DNA from: Kiritimatiellia bacterium
Lineage (GTDB): Bacteria > Verrucomicrobiota > Kiritimatiellia > CAIVKH01
Reading direction: 5' to 3'
Length of the DNA: 64,000 bases
Assembly: GCA_039807095.1 (NCBI GenBank)
Contig: JBDHQM010000002.1
Location: forward strand, 97,261 to 161,260
Both the position numbers and the translations under genes were made by a program. Of this stretch, positions 58,764 to 64,000 are shown in pieces. The stretch's first letter is position 1, and the number at the start of each line of letters is the position of its first letter. The notes below the pieces were generated by a model, which saw only the letters and a list, made by a program, of their open reading frames with translations, searched no databases and was not told the DNA's origin.

Positions 58764-60695
58764 TTATTTCTTCTTGTCGTCGTCCACCATCGTGAAGTCG
58801 GCGTCAATGACGTCGCCTTCAGCCTTCTTCTCCGATGCGCCTGCATCGCCGGACGGCGGCGGAGGCGGTGCACCCGCACCCGCGCCGGGCTGCTGCTTGG
58901 CCTGCGCATACATCTCGGTCGAAATCGCCTGCATCTGGGCAGTCACATCCTCAATGCCGCTCTTCATCTTGGCCGCATCGTTGTTCTTCACCGCATCGCG
59001 CAGGTCGCTGACGGCCGACTCCAATTTCGACTTCTTGTCCGCCGCAACCTTGTCGCCGTGCTCCTTGAGGAACTTCTCCGCCTCATACGCCATGCCGTCG
59101 GCGCGATTGCGTGTCTCCACTTCCTCACGCTTCTTCGCATCGTCCGAGGCGTGAGCCTCCGCATCGCGGCGCATCTGCTCAATCTCCTCTTTCGAGAGAC
59201 CGCTCGATGCCGTGATCGTGATCTTCTGCTCTTTGCCCGTGCCCAAATCCTTCGCGCTCACGTGCAAAATGCCGTTCGCATCAATATCAAACGTCACTTC
59301 GATCTGCGGAACGCCGCGCGGCGCAGGCGGAATGCCGTCGAGATGGAACTTCCCGATCGTTTTATTGTCGCCTGCCATCTTGCGCTCGCCCTGGAGCACG
59401 TGAATCTCCACAGTCGGCTGGCTGTCCGCCGCCGTGCTGAAAATTTCGCTCTTCTTCGTCGGGATCGTCGTATTGCGCTCAATCAACGGCGTGAAAATTC
59501 CGCCGAGCGTTTCGATACCCAGCGTCAACGGCGTCACGTCGAGCAGGAGCACATCCTTCACCTCGCCCTTCAGCACACCGCCCTGAATACCCGCGCCAAT
59601 CGCCACCACTTCATCCGGGTTCACACCCTTGTGCGGTTCCTTGTTGAAGAACTTCTTCACCACTTCCTGAACCTTCGGCATGCGCGTCATACCGCCGACG
59701 AGAATGACCTCGTCAATGTCCGACGCACTCAAACCCGAATCGCGCAGGCAGTTTTCCACCGGCTTGATCGAACGCTGAATCAAATCATCCACCAACTGCT
59801 CAAGTTTCGCGCGCGTCAGCGTCACCGTCAGGTGCTTCGGTCCGCTCGCATCCGCAGTGATGAACGGAAGGTTGATCTCCGTGCTCTGCGAGCTGGAAAG
59901 CTCAATCTTCGCCTTCTCCGCCGCCTCTTTCAAACGCTGCAGCGCCATCGGATCCTTCGAAAGATCAACGCCGTTATCGCGCTTGAATTCCGCAATCAAC
60001 CACTCAATCACACGCAAATCGAAATCGTCACCGCCGAGGTGCGTGTCGCCGTTCGTCGCCTTCACCTCGAACACGCCGTCGCCGATTTCCAGAATCGAAA
60101 TGTCGAACGTACCACCGCCCAGGTCGTACACCGCCACCTTCTCTTCCTTCTTCTTATCCAACCCGTACGCGAGCGACGAAGCCGTCGGCTCGTTGATGAT
60201 GCGCAGCACTTCCAAGCCCGCAATCCGCCCCGCGTCCTTCGTCGCCTGGCGCTGGCTGTCATTGAAATAGGCAGGCACGGTCACAATCGCCTGCGTAATC
60301 TTCTCACCGAGAAACGCCTCCGCATCCGCCTTGAGCTTCTGCAGAATCATCGCCGAAATCTCGGGCGGCGAATACGACTTGTCGCCAATCTTAACCGCAA
60401 CGTCGCCATTGCCCGCCGCCGCAATTTCATACGGAACCCGCGTCGCCTCGTTGCCCATCTCGGCAAACTTGCGACCCATGAACCGCTTCACGGAATAAAT
60501 CGTCTGCTTCGGATTCGTCACCGCCTGGCGCTTCGCCGCCTGGCCAACCAACCGCTCACCCGACTTCGTGAACGCAACAATCGAAGGCGTCGTGCGACCC
60601 CCTTCCGCGTTCGGCACCACGACCGGCTCGCCACCCTCCATAACGGACATGCACGAGTTCGTCGTACCCAAATCAATACCTAATACCTTGGACAT
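58764..60695 (-). CDS. dnaK: molecular chaperone DnaK (Hsp70)
   Basis: Canonical Hsp70 motifs ([16 protein letters not shown]). GAGGAG RBS. Confidence 0.97.
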   Translation of the reverse strand: MSKVLGIDLGTTNSCMSVMEGGEPVVVPNAEGGRTTPSIVAFTKSGERLVGQAAKRQAVTNPKQTIYSVKRFMGRKFAEMGNEATRVPYEIAAAGNGDVAVKIGDKSYSPPEISAMILQKLKADAEAFLGEKITQAIVTVPAYFNDSQRQATKDAGRIAGLEVLRIINEPTASSLAYGLDKKKEEKVAVYDLGGGTFDISILEIGDGVFEVKATNGDTHLGGDDFDLRVIEWLIAEFKRDNGVDLSKDPMALQRLKEAAEKAKIELSSSQSTEINLPFITADASGPKHLTVTLTRAKLEQLVDDLIQRSIKPVENCLRDSGLSASDIDEVILVGGMTRMPKVQEVVKKFFNKEPHKGVNPDEVVAIGAGIQGGVLKGEVKDVLLLDVTPLTLGIETLGGIFTPLIERNTTIPTKKSEIFSTAADSQPTVEIHVLQGERKMAGDNKTIGKFHLDGIPPAPRGVPQIEVTFDIDANGILHVSAKDLGTGKEQKITITASSGLSKEEIEQMRRDAEAHASDDAKKREEVETRNRADGMAYEAEKFLKEHGDKVAADKKSKLESAVSDLRDAVKNNDAAKMKSGIEDVTAQMQAISTEMYAQAKQQPGAGAGAPPPPPSGDAGASEKKAEGDVIDADFTMVDDDKKK

Positions 60696-60737
60696 AAAAT
60701 ACTCCTCACTTCCTTAAACCAAAATGTGACACCCACT

Positions 60738-60756
60738 AAAGCAGGAGCCGTGCCAA
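60738..60756 (-). promoter_or_regulatory. sigma-54-like -24/-12 element TTGGCACGGCTCCTGCTTT upstream of dnaK
   Basis: GG-N10-GC invariant spacing. The -12 GC lies 46 nt upstream of the dnaK ATG. It is part of an inverted-repeat pair (60725..60756 and 60866..60894). Confidence 0.35.
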
Positions 60757-60928
60757 AAACAGCGAGAAAAGAGGCGTATAAAATTACAACGCGTTGTGAT
60801 TGTGGATGTTGCGCAAACTTTTCGCGCCTAAAAGCTGCGGCAAATTCTCGCACTAGTGTGCCACATTGGCACGGACAGCCTATTCCGTGTCACACTTGGC
60901 CTTAGAAATGGCGCACCGGATAGCCGGA

Positions 60929-61624
60929 TCAACCAGCACCCTGCGCGTAGGCAAGAATCGCCTCGGCGTGGAGGATCATCGTGTCGTAGAGCGGCAGCGG
61001 TGTGTCTTCCGGCTTGATGAGCATACTCAGTTCCGTGCAGGCGAGAATCACCGCATCCGCGCCCTGCGCAGCCAGGTCCGCGATCATCCGCTTGGCGGCG
61101 GCGCGCGATTTTTCCTCAATCACGCCGTGCGCCAGCTCATCCCAAACCATTCGATCCAACGCCTGCCGCTCCGCAGCGGGCGGAATGAGCGATGAAATCC
61201 CGAGCGATTCAAAATGCTTCTGAAAGAAGCCGTACTCCATCGTTGCCTTCGTCCCCAACAGCGCGACCTTCTTCCGCCCGTCTCGCAGCAAAGGCGCGCT
61301 CGTCGCCTCCATGATCGTCAAAATCTTCAGCGGCGACGCATCGCGAATCAAATCGTAGGCATTGTGCGGTGTATTCGCCAGAATCGCAGCGAACTCCGCG
61401 CCAGAATTTTTGAGTCGCTGCAAAACGCGAAGCAGAATTTCCGCCACCTTCTCCCACTGATTTGTGCTAAACAGCCCGATCAGCTCCTGCAAATTCACGC
61501 TCTCGATGGACATCTCGGGGAAACTCAACCCGCCCGCCTTCGCGTTGTGTTCGCGACAAATCGCGAGATAATAGTGAACCGTGGACTCAGGCGTGAGCCC
61601 GCCAATCAACCCGATCTTCTTCAC
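60929..61624 (-). CDS. aspartate/glutamate racemase family protein (probable GTG start)
   Basis: KKIGLIGGLTPEST N-terminal motif and a second Cys region (ILACTELS). Confidence 0.65.
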   Translation of the reverse strand: MKKIGLIGGLTPESTVHYYLAICREHNAKAGGLSFPEMSIESVNLQELIGLFSTNQWEKVAEILLRVLQRLKNSGAEFAAILANTPHNAYDLIRDASPLKILTIMEATSAPLLRDGRKKVALLGTKATMEYGFFQKHFESLGISSLIPPAAERQALDRMVWDELAHGVIEEKSRAAAKRMIADLAAQGADAVILACTELSMLIKPEDTPLPLYDTMILHAEAILAYAQGAG

Positions 61625-61649
61625 ACTCAACCTGCCATTCTGTAACGAC

Positions 61650-62057
61650 TCACAAATAATGCGAGCCGGACGCCTCGGGCTGATACACAACATCCTTGAT
61701 GCGCAAATGCCGGACGCCATCCGGCACCGGCCACGTAATCTTGTCGCCCTTCGAATACCCGAGAATCGCCGTTCCGATCGGCGCCAACACAGAAATCGCA
61801 CCCGCCCCCGGATTCGCCTCATGCGGAAACACCAGCGTGTACGTCATTTCCTCGTGCGAATCCACATCCTGTAAAATAACTTTCGAGTTCATCGTCACCA
61901 CGCCCGGCCGCACGCTCTCGGAATCCACCACCTCCGCGCGCGCCAACTCCTGAACCAGCGCACTCACATCCTGCCCGGAGCGCGGGGGAATCCGCGCCAA
62001 CAGCTCTTCCAGCCGCGCTTTATCGCGCTTCGTGATGCAAATTGCTTTCGCTTTCAT
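61650..62057 (-). CDS. GreA/GreB-family regulator lacking the coiled coil (Rnk-like)
   Basis: 135 aa. C-terminal FKBP-like GreA domain (DKITWPVPDGVRHLRI). Strong GGAGAAGGAAG RBS. Confidence 0.65.
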   Translation of the reverse strand: MKAKAICITKRDKARLEELLARIPPRSGQDVSALVQELARAEVVDSESVRPGVVTMNSKVILQDVDSHEEMTYTLVFPHEANPGAGAISVLAPIGTAILGYSKGDKITWPVPDGVRHLRIKDVVYQPEASGSHYL

Positions 62058-62190
62058 AGTCGAACTTCCTTCTCCGTTTCGAACCGTAAACCCAGTGTAG
62101 AGTGAAACACACAACCTGACCAGAAAGGAAATTTCCGCGCGCGCATTTTTCTTCAAACAGCATCCACACGCGCGCCGCGCGCCGCGCGGA

Positions 62191-63207
62191 CTAGAACAAC
62201 TCGCCCTGACGCGAACCGGGTTTCAGGCCGAATTTCTTGTAGCACAACTCGGTCGCAACGCGGCCCTGCGGAGTGCGCTTGAGATAGCCCTCCTGAATCA
62301 AATACGGCTCGTACACTTCTTCAATGGTGCCCGCCTCTTCGCCAACCGATACGGCCAGCGAATTCACGCCTACGGGGCCGCCCGCGAATTTGTGGATGAT
62401 GGTTTCCAGAATCCGCTTGTCCATCTCGTCGAGCCCGTGCTCATCAATGTCGAGCATCGAGAGCGCTTTATCCGCGACGTCTTTCGTGATCTTGTTGCCC
62501 GCCCGCACCTGTGCGTAGTCGCGCACCCAGCGCAGCAGATTGTTCGCAATGCGCGGCGTTCCGCGCGAGCGGCGCGCGATCTCACGGGCGCCGCCATCGT
62601 CCACATCCACATTCACAATCCGCGCGGAGCGCTGGACAATCAGCATCAATTCTTCCGGCGTGTAGTAATCGAGGCGATTCGCCAACCCGAAGCGCGAGCG
62701 CAGCGGCGCGGAAAGCAATCCGCTTCGTGTCGTCGCGCCGACGAGCGTGAATTTCGGCAGATTCAACCGCACCGACCGCGCGTTGGGCCCCTGATCAATC
62801 ACGATGTCGAGGACATAGTCCTCCATCGCGGAATACAGATATTCCTCCACCGCCTTCGGCAACCGGTGAATTTCGTCAATGAAGAGGATATCGCCCTTTT
62901 CAAGATTCGTGAGGAGACCCGCCAACTCGCCCGCCTTCGTAATCACCGGGCCCGAGGTGGATTTCACATTCACCCCCATCGCCTCGGCAATGATGTACGC
63001 CAGCGTCGTCTTCCCCAGTCCCGGCGGCCCGAAAAGCAGGACGTGATCCAGCACATCTCCGCGCCCGCGCGCCGCTTCCACAAACAACTGCAAACGCTCG
63101 CGGACCTTTCCCTGCCCCACGAAGTCCACAAACTTCGACGGACGCAGCGAAACATCAAACTCCGTGTCCGCCCGATTCAACGTATTGGTTACAAAACGCT
63201 CCGCCAT
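62191..63207 (-). CDS. ruvB: Holliday junction DNA helicase RuvB
   Basis: AAA+ Walker [15 protein letters not shown] and Walker [11 protein letters not shown]. Start at MAERFV. Confidence 0.95.
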   Translation of the reverse strand: MAERFVTNTLNRADTEFDVSLRPSKFVDFVGQGKVRERLQLFVEAARGRGDVLDHVLLFGPPGLGKTTLAYIIAEAMGVNVKSTSGPVITKAGELAGLLTNLEKGDILFIDEIHRLPKAVEEYLYSAMEDYVLDIVIDQGPNARSVRLNLPKFTLVGATTRSGLLSAPLRSRFGLANRLDYYTPEELMLIVQRSARIVNVDVDDGGAREIARRSRGTPRIANNLLRWVRDYAQVRAGNKITKDVADKALSMLDIDEHGLDEMDKRILETIIHKFAGGPVGVNSLAVSVGEEAGTIEEVYEPYLIQEGYLKRTPQGRVATELCYKKFGLKPGSRQGELF

Positions 63208-63290
63208 AAAAACCTTTACCCTCGCCCGCTCCCCCCGCCCGGGGGGCCCGCCCGGGGTCAGCCCTTGAAATTCAATTATCCGACTCCGCC

Positions 63291-63884
63291 TCACGCCAGC
63301 GCGCGGCGCACCAGATCCTCCACGGTCGCATCCGCCGAAACATTCGGCAGCACGTCCTTCACCATCTTCAGCGCATCCGCCTGTTTATAGCCAAGCGAGA
63401 TCAGCGCCAGAATCGCATCGCGCGTACGCAGCTCTTCCGCACTGCCCGGCTCGGCGCTGGCGACGGCTTCCATCATCTCGCCTTCCGTCAGTTTATCCTT
63501 CAGCTCAACGATGATCTTCTCCGCCGTCTTTCGGCCCAGTCCCTTCACCGTCGCAAGACGCTTGGCATCGCCCTCGGCAATCGCCTTCTTGATGTCGCGA
63601 ACAGAGAGCCCGCCCAGCACGCCCAAAGCGGTTTTGGGACCGATTCCGCTCACCGAATACAACAGCAGAAACAACCGGCGCTCCGTCTCCGTCGCAAAGC
63701 CGAACAATTCCTGCGCATCCTCGCGGACGTGGTGATAGGTCAACACTTTGCACGCCGCGCCTTCCGGCGGAAGCCGCTCGAAACTCGATAGCGGAATAAA
63801 GACTTCATAGCCCACACCGCCGACGTTCACAACCGCGCGACCCGGCTGCTTCTCAAGCAATACACCTTCCAAAAACGTAATCAT
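63291..63884 (-). CDS. ruvA: Holliday junction DNA-binding protein RuvA
   Basis: MITFLEGVL.. OB fold, two HhH motifs and the C-terminal domain III. Confidence 0.95.
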   Translation of the reverse strand: MITFLEGVLLEKQPGRAVVNVGGVGYEVFIPLSSFERLPPEGAACKVLTYHHVREDAQELFGFATETERRLFLLLYSVSGIGPKTALGVLGGLSVRDIKKAIAEGDAKRLATVKGLGRKTAEKIIVELKDKLTEGEMMEAVASAEPGSAEELRTRDAILALISLGYKQADALKMVKDVLPNVSADATVEDLVRRALA

Positions 63885-64000
63885 TCGTTCAACTCTATCA
63901 CACTCGCTCCGTCAAAACCGACAGCAAACGCATTTTTCCAATCGTTGGAAACTCATTTGTGCGCGACTTCCAAGCGTTGGAAATCCACTCGCGCCTCAGC

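Noticed and set aside
56818-60683. 630-aa and 684-aa ORFs antisense to groEL and dnaK
   Set aside because: Shadow ORFs opposite two of the most conserved genes in the window.
58641-60930. CIRCE (HrcA) or HAIR (HspR) operator upstream of groES or dnaK
   Set aside because: No match to TTAGCACTC-N9-GAGTGCTAA or CTTGAGT-N7-ACTCAAG was found in either upstream region.
63208-63290. GC-rich hairpin (CCCCCC-GCCC-GGGGGG) between ruvA and ruvB as a terminator
   Set aside because: No U-tract. ruvA and ruvB are normally co-transcribed. More likely simple GC-rich spacer structure.

Overview
This is a 64-kb, high-GC (about 60% or more by eye) chromosomal segment from a Gram-negative bacterium. The LPS-core heptosyltransferase, WaaE-like GT2, TonB/ExbB/ExbD genes and an outer-membrane beta-barrel protein support the Gram-negative call.

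Three parts, in coordinate order:

(1) 1..5141: the 3' end of a GT9 heptosyltransferase gene is followed by an IS110-family element. A 1661-bp IS1634-family element (12-bp perfect terminal inverted repeats) has inserted into it and is flanked by perfect 88-bp direct repeats. A tandem-DUF3592 membrane protein follows.

(2) 5176..39783: a roughly 32-kb surface-glycan locus lies exactly between hisC and hisD. Almost every gene is on the minus strand and most are chained by 4-bp ATGA overlaps. It contains:
- five GT4 and four GT2 glycosyltransferases;
- a GtrB/Ppm-like GT2 with a DUF2304 partner, followed by three large GT-C-like membrane proteins;
- an MBOAT plus an SGNH/AlgX-like O-acetylation pair;
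- two SAM methyltransferases and a P-loop kinase-like protein;
- a CBS-NeuB-TIM-barrel tri-domain fusion, NeuA (CMP-ulosonate synthetase) and a TagF/KpsS-like transferase;
- a NodU/CmcH carbamoyltransferase and a DUF5672 protein;
- a Wzm/Wzt ABC exporter in which Wzt carries a C-terminal glycan-binding module;
- a divergent GbsR-family regulator with a perfect operator-like palindrome.
No Wzx, Wzy, Wzz or initiating phosphotransferase is present.

(3) 39780..64000 is housekeeping. It starts with a TPR / ExbB / ExbD / TonB-like / Zn-ribbon operon that is translationally coupled to hisD, followed by uvrA. A plus-strand operon carries a secreted GH13 pullulanase, an FHA-TM protein, a WaaE-like GT2 and an outer-membrane protein. 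Downstream is a repeat-rich, lower-GC intergenic island, then nth, a secreted acidic protein and tRNA-Thr(UGU) with a sigma-70-like promoter. The remainder is a contiguous dnaK-groES-groEL block with no CIRCE but a sigma-54-like -24/-12 element, an Asp/Glu racemase, a Rnk/GreA-like protein, and ruvB and ruvA.

The most novel content is the glycan locus. It combines an ABC-exported polymer, a candidate split WbdD-like terminator, a periplasmic lipid-linked GT-C decoration module, and an unusual fused ulosonic-acid synthase.
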